Of a stretch of 64,000 bases of DNA, positions 1-12,046 are shown in pieces; the first letter of the stretch is position 1; each line of letters begins with the position of its first letter. Under the pieces are notes generated by a model. It was not told the DNA's origin. It made no database searches and saw nothing but the letters and a program-made list of their open reading frames with translations. This DNA comes from Desulfomonilia bacterium (lineage in GTDB: Bacteria; Desulfobacterota; Desulfomonilia; UBA1062): assembly GCA_963664325.2 (NCBI GenBank), contig CAXXDQ010000004.1, positions 704,001 through 768,000 of the forward strand. The letters are read 5' to 3'. Both the position numbers and the translations under genes were made by a program.

Positions 1-1
1 A

Positions 2-331
2 CCTCTGTCCCATTGGGTAAAGACGCTTCCCTTCAAGAACCCCAGGATAACAGATACAGGCAGAATGGCCGCGAGTATAGCAGCCTGTCCCGGAAGCGGG
101 ATGTCCCTCTGGCAGGAGGCCAAAGATGCCGGCTGCGATACCATTGTCACAGGCGACGTAAAGTATCATGCAGCGATAGAGGCATTTGAAACAGGTTTAA
201 ATGTAGTCGACCTGGGTCATTATGGAACAGAATCAATAATAATCAAACCTTTTGCCGAAAGGTTAAAAAAGCTTCTTAAAGGGGTCGAAATAAGCGCTTA
301 TACGGGCAGGGATATATTCATAACATTATAG
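2..331 (+). CDS. Nif3-like dinuclear metal centre protein (5' truncated by window)
   Basis: C-terminal motifs TGDVKYH and DLGHYGTE; frame open back to base 2; followed by zinc-ribbon gene as is usual. Confidence 0.85.
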   Translation, partial: PLSHWVKTLPFKNPRITDTGRMAASIAACPGSGMSLWQEAKDAGCDTIVTGDVKYHAAIEAFETGLNVVDLGHYGTESIIIKPFAERLKKLLKGVEISAYTGRDIFITL

Positions 332-343
332 AAGGAGACACGA

Positions 344-1075
344 GTGAAGAACATTTTAAGTAACGTGCTGGCGCTTCAGAACGTTGAACTCCGTATATTC
401 AAGGCATTGGGCGGCATGAGCGAACTGCCCCGGGAGATGGAGGAGATAGACAGCACTTTACAGGCTAGAAAGCGCTCTCTTGAAATTGCCGATGAAGAGA
501 TATCAGAACTCAACGGCAGAAAAGAACCTCTTGAAATAGAGCTGAAGGAAAACCAGTCAATACTGAGTGCTGCGGATACCAGAATAAAAAAAATAAAAAC
601 AAACAAGGAGTTTCTTGCACTCCAGCGGGAAATCGACATCGCCAAGAAACGCAAATTCGATCTTGAAGAACAGATACTGCAGCTGATGGATAAGATTGAA
701 TCAAGGACAAAGGAAAGGGAACGCATATTCAAGGCTTTTGAAAACGACAGGGTCGGTCTGGATGAGAGAAAGGAAGTGCTCCTTAAAAAGCAGAAAGAAC
801 TGCAGGCCATAATTGACAAACTTAAAGGACAGCTCGATGTCCTGAGGGTAAAGGTTGACCGTGCACTTTTAAGCCGTTATGACCGAATAAAAGAAAGAAG
901 GAACGGGCTGGTCGTTGTGGAATGCCAGAATGGTGTTTGCATGGGATGTCATATACATATACAACCGCAGCTTTTCAACGAACTGGTCAAGGGAGACAAA
1001 ATGATATCCTGCCCAGCCTGCCAGAGAATTCTTTATGTTAACCCCGAGAATGAGCAGGAGGAAAAAAAGGAGTAA
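344..1075 (+). CDS. C4-type zinc ribbon coiled-coil protein (DUF164 family)
   Basis: Long coiled coil then CMGCH...CPACQRILY; GTG start with GGAG RBS. Confidence 0.85.
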   Translation: MKNILSNVLALQNVELRIFKALGGMSELPREMEEIDSTLQARKRSLEIADEEISELNGRKEPLEIELKENQSILSAADTRIKKIKTNKEFLALQREIDIAKKRKFDLEEQILQLMDKIESRTKERERIFKAFENDRVGLDERKEVLLKKQKELQAIIDKLKGQLDVLRVKVDRALLSRYDRIKERRNGLVVVECQNGVCMGCHIHIQPQLFNELVKGDKMISCPACQRILYVNPENEQEEKKE

Positions 1076-1076
1076 A

Positions 1077-2252
1077 ATGGCCGAACAGGGCTCAGACACA
1101 ACCTCTCACGGAAAATATTTTTTTTATTTCTGTCTCATCGCCTCTCTTGTCCTTGTCTTCCTGCTGTTCAGACCGTTTTTAAAGACAATTACCCTGAGCC
1201 TTATATGTGCCGCCGTTGTTTTTCCCGTCCAAAGGAAACTTTACAAGCTTTTTGGACGCAGGGAAGCCCTGGCGAGTCTTGCAACCTGTACAGGTTTGGT
1301 TATCCTGATTATAGTGCCGATTGCGATACTGGCATATTTTTTTGCACAGGAAGCCACCGGTTTTTACAGCAGGTTGAGCGGAACCGCCATTTCGGAAATG
1401 AAAAGACATTCCATAATGTCTGTTGCTCCTGCGGAAACAATCGGCAATGCCCTTGAGCTCGTTGTTCCCGGCATTGTCAGACCCGTAAAAAAAGAAGAGC
1501 CCAAGCATAAGCTGACCGACAAGATCGTCAGTTATGCAAGGCAGGTATTGCCTGCCATACAAAAATCAAAAGGCAGCGTGGAAGCCCAGGCAATGGACCT
1601 TGCCAAGACAGGGCTCAGTTTCGCTTTGAAGCATGCCCAGGGGGTCATCAGCAATGTCACTGCCGTTATCCTTCATTTCTTTTTGTTTTTGTTTACGGTT
1701 TTTTTCTTTCTCAAGGACGGACCGGTCTGGCTCAAATCGCTTTCCGAGATAATACCACTGGCAGACAGACAGAAAGAGCTGATTTTCAGCAGGTTCAAGG
1801 ATGTAAGTATTTCAACTGTATTCGGCATACTTTTTACGGCAACCGTTCAGGGTTTTATTTCCGGCATAGGGTTCTGGATAGTAGGAATTTCGCCTGTGCT
1901 CTGGGGAACAGCAGCCGCCTTTGCAGCCCTTATACCGATGATCGGCGCGGCCCTGATATGGTTTCCGGCCGGCGTATATCTGATTATCGACGGCAATATA
2001 AAAACCGGAATATTCCTGCTTATCTGGGGGGGATTCTTTGTCTCTTTTCTTGATAATTTCTACAGGCCGTTCCTGATGCGCGGTACAACCGAGGTCAGTG
2101 CAGTCTGGATCCTCTTCTCGGTACTTGGAGGATTAAGCCTGTTCGGGTTTTCGGGCATATTCATAGGGCCGTTGATACTGTCAATGGCAATTACCATGAC
2201 CTCGATATACCGGGACGAGTATTCCGGTAAAGTTCAGGATTTACATCAATGA
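1077..2252 (+). CDS. AI-2E family transporter
   Basis: Multiple TM segments, IPMIGAALIWFP, DNFYRP, GGLSLFGFSGIFIGP; ATG 1077 right after upstream stop. Confidence 0.85.
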   Translation: MAEQGSDTTSHGKYFFYFCLIASLVLVFLLFRPFLKTITLSLICAAVVFPVQRKLYKLFGRREALASLATCTGLVILIIVPIAILAYFFAQEATGFYSRLSGTAISEMKRHSIMSVAPAETIGNALELVVPGIVRPVKKEEPKHKLTDKIVSYARQVLPAIQKSKGSVEAQAMDLAKTGLSFALKHAQGVISNVTAVILHFFLFLFTVFFFLKDGPVWLKSLSEIIPLADRQKELIFSRFKDVSISTVFGILFTATVQGFISGIGFWIVGISPVLWGTAAAFAALIPMIGAALIWFPAGVYLIIDGNIKTGIFLLIWGGFFVSFLDNFYRPFLMRGTTEVSAVWILFSVLGGLSLFGFSGIFIGPLILSMAITMTSIYRDEYSGKVQDLHQ

Positions 2253-2341
2253 CATTATAATGAAAATGCATTGGTTTTTTTCCTTTGCCGGGGGATGGAT
2301 AATCTTGATAAAATGATTTTCGCAGAGGATTTTAAAAGTAT

Positions 2342-3808
2342 ATGATTGATTCACTGAACAGGGTATTCATAACCATAACACAGAGTTTTCGTATCCAGGA
2401 TATTCTGGATATATTTGTAATTGCGTCTCTTATCTATGTCGTTCTTATATGGTTTAAAAAAACAGCTTCCCGTTTTGTTTTTGCAGGCATTGTCATGCTC
2501 GGAATAATATATGTGCTTGCAAGGACATTTCAGCTTTATCTTACCTCGATGCTTCTGCAGGGTTTTTTTGCGATACTTCTTATTGCCATAGTCGTCATTT
2601 TCCAGGAAGAGATACGCCGTTTCTTCGAGCGGCTGGCAACATGGGGCAACCTGAGAAAAAAGAAAGAAAAAGAGATTGATAATTACAGGCCAGATATAGA
2701 AATAATAGTGGATAGTGTTGCGGAACTGGCTGATAACAGGACCGGTGCACTGATAGTGATACGAGGCAAGGACCCGCTGGAAAGGCACCTCAAGGGGGGA
2801 TGCCTTCTTGACGGCTGTCTTTCTCAGCAGCTTATAGCAAGCATATTCGATACTCATTCCATGGGCCATGACGGGGGCATGATTATCGACAAAGGCCAGG
2901 TTGTGAAATTCGGCTGCCATCTGCCGCTGTCGGCAAATGCCAGCATGACCGGAAAATACGGGTTGAGGCATACTGCAGCTTTAGGGATGTCGGAAAAAAC
3001 CGATGCCTTCTGTATTGTCGTCTCAGAAGAACGCGGAACTACGTCAGTTGCCCAGAACGGATCAATTCAGGTTCTGTACAGGCCGGTTGATCTGGCTGCA
3101 AAACTTTATGAATTCTATGAGCAGAAGTTTCCGGCCGAGAAAAAAAGATCCGCCATGGACTGGATAAGAGAGAACACGGTACAAAAGATTGTTGCGATTC
3201 TTATGGCTTCAATGCTCTGGCTTGCATTCGGTTATCAGAGGGACTGGGTTCAGAGAGACTTTACCGTGCCTGTGGAGTACAGGGGCATACCACAGGGCTG
3301 GTATATCGATGAACCCAAGGTATTTGATGCGAAGGTCGTTCTGACCGGTTCGATTCAGGCTTTCAATCTTTTTGATCCGACATATCTGAAAGTCGGAGTC
3401 GACCTGTCTGATGTTGTACAGGGGCAGCAGGATATAACAATTACAAAGAAAATGGTAAAGCTCCCCACAAATATCAACCTGGAAAAGGTAAAACCACCCC
3501 AAATCCATATTGTTGCATATAAACTTTTCCCCAAAGCGCTTCCGGTAATTGTTAAAATATCCGGAGCCTGCCCTTCCGGCCACATATTGAGAAACATAAC
3601 AGTCAGCCCAGGCGCATTGAACGCACTGGTCCCCAGTGCGATGTTGAAGAAAAATATTGAGATAGACACCGAGACTATAGATCTCTCGGCAATAGATGAA
3701 ACGGTAACGATTGAACCGCAGATAAAAATTCCCGCTGATGTACATTTCAAAGATGACTCCATCCCCTCGGTAAGAGTTACTTTCCATATAGATAAAAAAC
3801 CGCATTAA
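2342..3808 (+). CDS. cdaA: Diadenylate cyclase (CdaA-type DAC) fused to YbbR/CdaR-like domains
   Basis: 3 N-terminal TM helices, FQEEIRRF, GALIV, HDGG and GLRHTAA (DGA/RHR variants), VSEERG; then a TM helix and YbbR-like beta repeats. Confidence 0.8.
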   Translation: MIDSLNRVFITITQSFRIQDILDIFVIASLIYVVLIWFKKTASRFVFAGIVMLGIIYVLARTFQLYLTSMLLQGFFAILLIAIVVIFQEEIRRFFERLATWGNLRKKKEKEIDNYRPDIEIIVDSVAELADNRTGALIVIRGKDPLERHLKGGCLLDGCLSQQLIASIFDTHSMGHDGGMIIDKGQVVKFGCHLPLSANASMTGKYGLRHTAALGMSEKTDAFCIVVSEERGTTSVAQNGSIQVLYRPVDLAAKLYEFYEQKFPAEKKRSAMDWIRENTVQKIVAILMASMLWLAFGYQRDWVQRDFTVPVEYRGIPQGWYIDEPKVFDAKVVLTGSIQAFNLFDPTYLKVGVDLSDVVQGQQDITITKKMVKLPTNINLEKVKPPQIHIVAYKLFPKALPVIVKISGACPSGHILRNITVSPGALNALVPSAMLKKNIEIDTETIDLSAIDETVTIEPQIKIPADVHFKDDSIPSVRVTFHIDKKPH

Positions 3809-3830
3809 TTATTCAAAAAATAACCCCTGC

Positions 3831-3858
3831 TGTAAACTTTTGTTCGGGTTCAGTCGTC
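3831..3858 (+). promoter_or_regulatory. Putative ECF sigma-dependent (autoregulatory) promoter
   Basis: TGTAAAC-N17-CGTC upstream of the ECF gene, matching the general ECF -35 AAC / -10 CGT pattern. Confidence 0.55.
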
Positions 3859-3979
3859 ATTGGGTTCAAAATAAAAAATTATGCATTAGGATTTATGACA
3901 TGAGGAACAAGGGGCAGCTGAAGCCAAAGTTAGGAAAACGTGAAGACAATCCGGGGCTGCAATGTTATTATGAATAACC

Positions 3980-4606
3980 ATGCGGCTCAGAACAGGGCAA
4001 TTTCATGAAGACATCGATCCCAATGGGCATTTTCTTGCCGAACAGGCTGCCAAGGGCGATAAGGAGGCATTCGAGCAGCTGGTCCAGATATACAGAGAGA
4101 ATATATTCCGAATGGTGTATGTGAGGACTCAATCAAAAATGGATGCCGAAGACCTGACACAGGAAGTATTCATGAAGGCGTTCAACAATATTTCGAGACT
4201 GAAAGATTGCTCTTTGTTCAAGACATGGCTCTACAGGATAGCAGTGAACAGCGTAAGAGATCATCATAGAAAGCGTATCCTCTCTGCCTTTTTCTTCCTG
4301 TCTCATGGAAAAGATGATGAAGACGGCATGGATGTGCATCCATCAAATGATTCTACGGCCCTTGATCATGTAATGAAAAAGCAGTTCCATGATAACCTGA
4401 AAAACTTCCTGGCAAAACTAGGCCATTATGAAAAAGAGGTCTTCCAGCTTAAATACCTGGACCATCTGAGCATTCCGGAAATCAGCACTGTATTAAACAA
4501 GAATGAAAACACCGTAAAAACCCATTTATACAGGGCGGTGAAGAAATTCCGCCTGGAAACCGCCCTGATTTCATTGGCGGAGGGGGCAGCTGATGAAAGT
4601 GCATGA
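3980..4606 (+). CDS. ECF RNA polymerase sigma factor
   Basis: Region 2 DAEDLTQEVF...FKTWLYRIAVN; region 4 IPEIS...TVKTHLYRA. Confidence 0.92.
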   Translation: MRLRTGQFHEDIDPNGHFLAEQAAKGDKEAFEQLVQIYRENIFRMVYVRTQSKMDAEDLTQEVFMKAFNNISRLKDCSLFKTWLYRIAVNSVRDHHRKRILSAFFFLSHGKDDEDGMDVHPSNDSTALDHVMKKQFHDNLKNFLAKLGHYEKEVFQLKYLDHLSIPEISTVLNKNENTVKTHLYRAVKKFRLETALISLAEGAADESA

Positions 4607-5117
4607 CAGGCGGCATCCGGCCGATGACACCATTGTCAGGGCCGCTGTCGACCCGAGCCTTATAGATGCAGGTGAAAAGAGGCATATTGAAAGCTGCCCG
4701 GAATGTTCACTAAAGATAAACAGGATCATATCAGGACTTGAAAATCTAGGAGAAATGGCAAAAGACGCCATTCCTCCAATGGAATCACCCATCAGGCTTG
4801 AACACCGAATCCCGAACTTGAACTCGGGGTGGCTGTGGAAAACTGCCCTCGGGGTTTCGGTCTCGGTCGTGCTGGTTTTAGTCGTGCTTGATTTTTCACA
4901 TCTCATGCAGGCCCGTCAGGGACAACCGATTATTGAGGCTGGAGTTCAGGATAAATATTCGGATGAAATGCTTATAAGCGAAGTGGGCATGCTTGTTGAA
5001 AATCCCCTGCCAGAAAACTGGACGTCCCTGAATTATGGGGATGGCAGCATTATGGAAACGGAAGTTATGGAGCTTATGGCCCCAATCGATGATAAACCGG
5101 TTCAGGAAACAATGTAA
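4593..5117 (+). CDS. Putative zinc-binding anti-sigma factor
   Basis: Overlaps sigma stop; HIESCPEC (HxxxCxxC) followed by one TM helix. Confidence 0.7.
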   Translation: MKVHDRRHPADDTIVRAAVDPSLIDAGEKRHIESCPECSLKINRIISGLENLGEMAKDAIPPMESPIRLEHRIPNLNSGWLWKTALGVSVSVVLVLVVLDFSHLMQARQGQPIIEAGVQDKYSDEMLISEVGMLVENPLPENWTSLNYGDGSIMETEVMELMAPIDDKPVQETM

Positions 5118-5128
5118 GGAGAAGAAAG

Positions 5129-5572
5129 ATGAAACACAGGATTATACTGACTGCTGTAATGTTAATTTCATTGGTAATGGCGGAAATTGTGAAAGCCGAG
5201 GAATTTCCACCCAGCAGGTGGTGGAGAATTCCTAAAATTGCCGATCAGCTTAACCTTACCGAGCAGGATAAGATGCAATTAGACAGGATTTTTCAGGACA
5301 GCAGGAGAAACCTGAGAGACCTCAGGGACCAGGTCGAGGATAACAGACTGTCTCTGGAGGATTTAATGGGAAAAGACAAGCTTAATGAGCAGGCTGTTTA
5401 TGAACAGTTGGGCAAATTAAGCAGAAGCAGGACTGCCCTGGAAGAGGCGACTACAAGGTATTTTTTGGATGTCAGGAAGGCGATCGGTGCAGAAAAGTTC
5501 AAAGAGGCAGCCGAAATAGCCAAGGTAATAAGGCAAAACAGGAAGTATGCTAACAATCCCGGTAAGGACTGA
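5129..5572 (+). CDS. Periplasmic Spy/CpxP-like (heavy-metal sensor family) protein
   Basis: Signal peptide, WW motif, LNLTEQD (LTxxQ-like), helical. Confidence 0.7.
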   Translation: MKHRIILTAVMLISLVMAEIVKAEEFPPSRWWRIPKIADQLNLTEQDKMQLDRIFQDSRRNLRDLRDQVEDNRLSLEDLMGKDKLNEQAVYEQLGKLSRSRTALEEATTRYFLDVRKAIGAEKFKEAAEIAKVIRQNRKYANNPGKD

Positions 5573-5610
5573 AAAGGCCATCATCAGGAAAAAATAACAG
5601 GGGGAATAAT

Positions 5611-7476
5611 ATGGAATCGATTATGAGAATGAGGAAAAAAAGAAATACGACAGGTCTGCTGACTGTTCTGGTTCTGGCTTTGGTATTTATGCTTTGCGGT
5701 TGTGGAAAAGGCGGTGGCGGCGGAAGCGATGTAGCTGCTGCACCTGAAAGCGATTCAGGAAATGGCGAGTTGTATATTGACCTGACGGATAATCAGGGAG
5801 AATTTTTTAACTACACTGTTGATGTTCTTTCGATAAGGCTTGAAAAGGCAAATGGTGCTGTTGTTGAAACCCTGCCGGCGGGTGAAACCACCAGGGTTGA
5901 TTTTGCCCAGTATACTGAGATGACCGAGTTTCTGACGGCATGTACAGTTCCTTCCGGGGTGTATGTAAAGGCAACGATGAGGCTTGATTATTCAAACGCC
6001 GATATAAGAGTGGAAGATGCTGAAGGTAATGCCGTACGGATTGCACCTGAAAACATTCTTGATGAGGACGGCCGGCAGATAACAGAACTGACGGTCTCAA
6101 TTGAGATTGAGGATCTGAATGCACTTTTAATAAGGCCTGGCATACCTGCCCATCTGGGCCTGGACTTTGACCTGAAGGTCTCAAACAGCCTTGCATGGGT
6201 AGGCGGCGTTCCTGTGATTACCGTAAACCCGGTTCTTCTTGCGGATATTGAACCTCATGCATGGAAGACAAACAGGATCAGGGGACCCCTGGATGATGTC
6301 CACGCTAAAGCCGGCTGGTTCGATATCATCATAAGGCCGTTTATGCATGCAATCAGAAAGGGTGACATAAGCAACCGGTTCGGGACGGCCAGAGTTTATA
6401 CCGATAAGAATACCCTTTATGTAATTGACGGGAAACAGTACCAGGGAGATGATGGCATAGAGCAGCTTGACGGGCTTACAAAATATTCTGCGGTTCTTGT
6501 TTTCGGTGATTTCATCAAGGAAACAGGCAGGATCAAGTTCAAGGCAAAAGAAGTCCTTGCAGGTTCATCAGTGGCCGGCGGTACACTTGATGTAGTTGCA
6601 GGGAATGTCATAAAAAGAAATAGTGACACGATAACGGTTAAGGGAGCAACCCTTATCAGAAAAGACGGGACTGTCCTGTTCCGAAATACCCTTGATGTGG
6701 ATCTTGAAGATGCATTGGTTGGAAAGCAGTATGTCAAAGGTCTGGTTGACAAAAGTGCGATTTCAATAGGCCAGAGGCTTGTCGTTTTCGGTACGCTGTC
6801 TGAAGAGGCGGATTTTATGACGGCAAAATATGCCCACATGTACCTGACGACAATAAACGGGACTGTCAGTGATGTGGCAAGCAGGCAGCTGGCCATGGAC
6901 CTTAATTCCATCGACGGCAGGGATATATCCATATTCGACTTTACGGGAACAGCCGCAAATCCCGATGCATATCTTGCAGGTACCGGTTTGTTGAGCCTTT
7001 CAGGCATATCGGAAGGTACACCTGTAAAGGCGATCGGGTTCCCTGTTCCTTTCGGATTTGCTGAAACCCCTCCGTATGATTTTACTGCATATTCTTTAAT
7101 CAATGTGGCGAAGGTAAGCGGCGTCATGGCTGTCGGATGGGGCGGTGAGGGAAGCACTTCCGCCGTCAGCGTGTCCGGGCCCGGGATAACGCTTGACCTG
7201 AGCGGCGCCGGCTATTTCCACCACCTGAACCGGGCGGGCGTTGTTACCGATCTTGAGGGACTTTCACCTGTTCTTGTCCCGAAAGAAGACAGCGGTATCT
7301 TCTGTATCAGCCAGGGTGAAAAGCTTGCGGTATTCTCAAGCTTCGAAACCTTTGAAGATGAACTGAGCAGCAGTATGACAGGCGGGGCAAAGGTGAGGCA
7401 CCTTGTTGCAACCGGTATATGGAATGATACGGATATGGTTTTGAGCGGAAGGTTTATTGCTGTAAGGTTAAAGTAA
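5611..7476 (+). CDS. Lipoprotein, DUF4382-like N-terminal domain
   Basis: Lipobox LCGC + Gly linker; IDLTD, VPSGVY, LDFDL motifs. Confidence 0.6.
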   Translation: MESIMRMRKKRNTTGLLTVLVLALVFMLCGCGKGGGGGSDVAAAPESDSGNGELYIDLTDNQGEFFNYTVDVLSIRLEKANGAVVETLPAGETTRVDFAQYTEMTEFLTACTVPSGVYVKATMRLDYSNADIRVEDAEGNAVRIAPENILDEDGRQITELTVSIEIEDLNALLIRPGIPAHLGLDFDLKVSNSLAWVGGVPVITVNPVLLADIEPHAWKTNRIRGPLDDVHAKAGWFDIIIRPFMHAIRKGDISNRFGTARVYTDKNTLYVIDGKQYQGDDGIEQLDGLTKYSAVLVFGDFIKETGRIKFKAKEVLAGSSVAGGTLDVVAGNVIKRNSDTITVKGATLIRKDGTVLFRNTLDVDLEDALVGKQYVKGLVDKSAISIGQRLVVFGTLSEEADFMTAKYAHMYLTTINGTVSDVASRQLAMDLNSIDGRDISIFDFTGTAANPDAYLAGTGLLSLSGISEGTPVKAIGFPVPFGFAETPPYDFTAYSLINVAKVSGVMAVGWGGEGSTSAVSVSGPGITLDLSGAGYFHHLNRAGVVTDLEGLSPVLVPKEDSGIFCISQGEKLAVFSSFETFEDELSSSMTGGAKVRHLVATGIWNDTDMVLSGRFIAVRLK

Positions 7477-7504
7477 GAATGCTCAAAAACTGAAAATATA
7501 TAAT

Positions 7505-7541
7505 AAAAGGAGCCGGCTGGTTAATCCCCAACGGCTCTTTT
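7505..7541. terminator. Probable bidirectional intrinsic terminator
   Basis: GAGCCG...CGGCTC stem flanked by A and T tracts between convergent genes. Confidence 0.55.
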
Positions 7542-7581
7542 CTTAAAGTTTCATTTCGTATTTAAGCCCGGCCTTTATATA

Positions 7582-7983
7582 TTAAACTGGTTCCTTTTGA
7601 AAATATGCTTCTATCGATACAAATTCCTTTGGCCAGACATAACCGGATTCTCCTTTATTCAGAACGCCGATTCCATCTATTGCAGAATTATCAATCGGTC
7701 CGTAGACATGAGGGAATATCGGCGAACTTGATATGTGTGATGTTCCTGCACCTTTTTCTGGTTGTGCGGTTTCATATTTCGTTTGAGAATTCAACTTCAC
7801 CGGCTCGATTCGAAGAAGTAATATTTTCTCCTCGACATTTCCATAATAATCATTGGCGACGGGAATGACCGAGGATTCCAGCGAGCAATGTATGAAGCCG
7901 ACCTCCTGTAAATTTACCGGCTCATATTTTTTTCCGTCGCTGCAAGATCGGTATTCACTCTCTCTTACAATATGGTAAATCAA
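7582..7983 (-). CDS. DUF952 family protein
   Basis: IYHI, GFIHCS, FPHVYGPI; likely TTG start at 7983 after AAGGGGA. Confidence 0.8.
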   Translation of the reverse strand: MIYHIVRESEYRSCSDGKKYEPVNLQEVGFIHCSLESSVIPVANDYYGNVEEKILLLRIEPVKLNSQTKYETAQPEKGAGTSHISSSPIFPHVYGPIDNSAIDGIGVLNKGESGYVWPKEFVSIEAYFQKEPV

Positions 7984-8348
7984 TTCGATTCCCCTTATGC
8001 GAATTATGCAGGACCGGCGTTTGTTCCGCTTCTGCATCATAATACTAAACAATCAATTCGGCATTATTGCAATACCGTTTATCATCTTCAAGTACCCGAC
8101 TCAATAATTTAGATTTAAAGATGTGCATTATTATTGTTCAGGTTGTTATAATCAGGCAATCTATAGGCACATGCTAATCACCTGTTAGCAATTTTAAAAA
8201 TATAAAAAGATGACGCAGGTCATAAAACAAAACATGTCAGGGAGCGTTAATTTTCATAGAGCGAAAATTAACGCATCTGAGATGCGTCTATGAGAAGAGG
8301 GCAGTGAATGGCCCGAATCAATGGGATGCAAAGTTTTTAGCCCTGTTA

Positions 8349-10202
8349 CTAGAAGCTCTCTTCCGCTATTTCCAGTATGGACATGTCCTCGCTCCTGATT
8401 GCTTTAACAACAGAATCTATCTCGGGGAGCACGTTCCTGATAAAATATTTTGCTGCTGAAATCTTGCCTGAATAGAATGCCGCATCTTTGGAATCTTTTA
8501 AGAGAGCTGCAACCTTGCCTGCATCCCCCATGTCGATACCCCTGGCGGTGCAAAGCCCTGCAAGCTTTTCCTTAGCGATGCCTGCTTGCCAGAGCAGCAG
8601 CCATGCCATTACCACCCTTCCCATCATCATAAGGAAAGGATAGGCATTGTTTACAGGAACAAGATACTTGCCTTCCTTGGCGCATTTGTAGAAAAACATC
8701 CCAGTCTCCGCAATTGCATTGATGCCCGCCTGAACATCCTGCGCAAGTTCAGGCAGTTCGGTCGAATATCTTTGTACGCATGAACTCATTTCGCCCAGCA
8801 TGCCGGTAAAGTACGTGCCCTTTTTCATGCCCATTTTACGGCCGACCAGGTCAAGCGCCTGTATGCCGTTTGCCCCTTCAAAGATTGATGCTATCTTTTC
8901 ATCGCGCATGAACTGCTCGATGGGATATTCAGAGCAGAAGCCGTATCCGCCGTAAATCTGCATTGCGTTCTCAATGACCTTGAATCCCATGTCAGAGCAG
9001 TATGCCTTCAGAATGGGGGTTAATATTTCGGCATAGCCGATCCATTTTTCACTCTCTGCCTCATCCTTTGAAACAAGGAACCTGTCGAAACTGTTGGCTA
9101 CAAAATAAGCCATGGCGCGCATGCCCTCCACATGAGCCTTCATCCACAGAAGCATCCTTCTTATGTCGGGGTGGTTGATGATGGAAATCCTCGGGGCATC
9201 CGGATTCTTAAACTCCAGCAGCGACGAACCCTGCAGCCTTTCCTTTGCATACCTCACCGCATGCTGATAGGCGATGGAAGCGCTTGACAGGCCTTGGAGC
9301 CCGACGCCGAGCCTTGCCTCGTTCATGAGTTGGAACATCACCTTCATACCCTCGCGTTCGTTTCCCATCAGTTCAGCATAGCAGTTGCCGTTGTCGCCGA
9401 AATTTATAAGGCATGTCGCGCTGCCGTGAATGCCCATCTTCTCTTCAATTTTTGCGATCTCGAAGTCATTGCGCCGGCCAAGCGAGCCGTCGTCATTTAC
9501 GAGATACTTTGGGACGAGAAATATCGAAATTCCCTTTGTCCCTGCCGGGTCGCCTTCTATTCTGGCCAGCACCGGGTGTACAATGTTCGATACGAGATCA
9601 TGGTCGCCGGAGGTGATGAAAATCTTGGTCCCCTGGATTTTAAATGTACCGTCCGGCTGCCGGATTGCTTTTGTGCTCAGGTTCCCGACATCGGTCCCGG
9701 CGCCGGGTTCGGTAAGGCACATTGTTCCGCCCCATTCGCCTGAAATCATTTTGGGCATGTATTTGTGCTTTTGGGCCTCGGTTCCGAAAACTCCGATAAG
9801 ATGCGCGGCACCTTCACCGAGTCCCGGATATGAAATAAATGAAAAGTTATGGGTGAACCATTCATGCGCAGCAATCCTTATGGATACGGGAAGCCCCTGA
9901 CCGCCTTCATGGGGAGGGAAGCACATTGAACCCCATCCGGCGTCACAATATAGTTTGTAGACACGGTGGAAGCATTTCGGAACCTTTACATTTCCGTTTT
10001 CAAGCCTGCAGCCTTCCTTGTCTGATTCTGCAAGCGTTGGAAAGACCTCTTCAGTGGCAAACTTCTGGGCCTCGTTGATGATCATTTCAAACATGTCCTT
10101 TGAAAAATCGGCGTACAACGGGGCCTCGCAGAGCCTGTCAATGCCTAACATTTCAAAAAGAAGAAACTGTTGATCTCTTTCATCAAGGATAAGACTGGCC
10201 AT
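8349..10202 (-). CDS. Acyl-CoA dehydrogenase (long, ~600 aa type)
   Basis: MCLTEPGAGTD, GTKIFIT, KMGIHGSAT, QIYGGYG, IFEGANGIQA. Confidence 0.93.
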   Translation of the reverse strand: MASLILDERDQQFLLFEMLGIDRLCEAPLYADFSKDMFEMIINEAQKFATEEVFPTLAESDKEGCRLENGNVKVPKCFHRVYKLYCDAGWGSMCFPPHEGGQGLPVSIRIAAHEWFTHNFSFISYPGLGEGAAHLIGVFGTEAQKHKYMPKMISGEWGGTMCLTEPGAGTDVGNLSTKAIRQPDGTFKIQGTKIFITSGDHDLVSNIVHPVLARIEGDPAGTKGISIFLVPKYLVNDDGSLGRRNDFEIAKIEEKMGIHGSATCLINFGDNGNCYAELMGNEREGMKVMFQLMNEARLGVGLQGLSSASIAYQHAVRYAKERLQGSSLLEFKNPDAPRISIINHPDIRRMLLWMKAHVEGMRAMAYFVANSFDRFLVSKDEAESEKWIGYAEILTPILKAYCSDMGFKVIENAMQIYGGYGFCSEYPIEQFMRDEKIASIFEGANGIQALDLVGRKMGMKKGTYFTGMLGEMSSCVQRYSTELPELAQDVQAGINAIAETGMFFYKCAKEGKYLVPVNNAYPFLMMMGRVVMAWLLLWQAGIAKEKLAGLCTARGIDMGDAGKVAALLKDSKDAAFYSGKISAAKYFIRNVLPEIDSVVKAIRSEDMSILEIAEESF

Positions 10203-10384
10203 ATGGACTCCTCCTGTAAGATTTTGGATTTTGTGAAGTGCGGATTTTCTTGTGGCTTGTTATTAAAGACCCCCGGCCCCGCTGATGCGGGGCCATGCAC
10301 TCCATAACATGCTCATAGTAAGACAATAAGACATAACGCAAAAGTTGTGTCAATAGAAAGGATGATGTTTTACGTCCCCCTTGA

Positions 10385-12043
<1,659 letters not shown>

Positions 12044-12046
12044 TAA

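Noticed and set aside
8176-8186. AATCACCTGTT matching one arm of the 59897 palindrome
   Set aside because: Single half-site; chance cannot be excluded.
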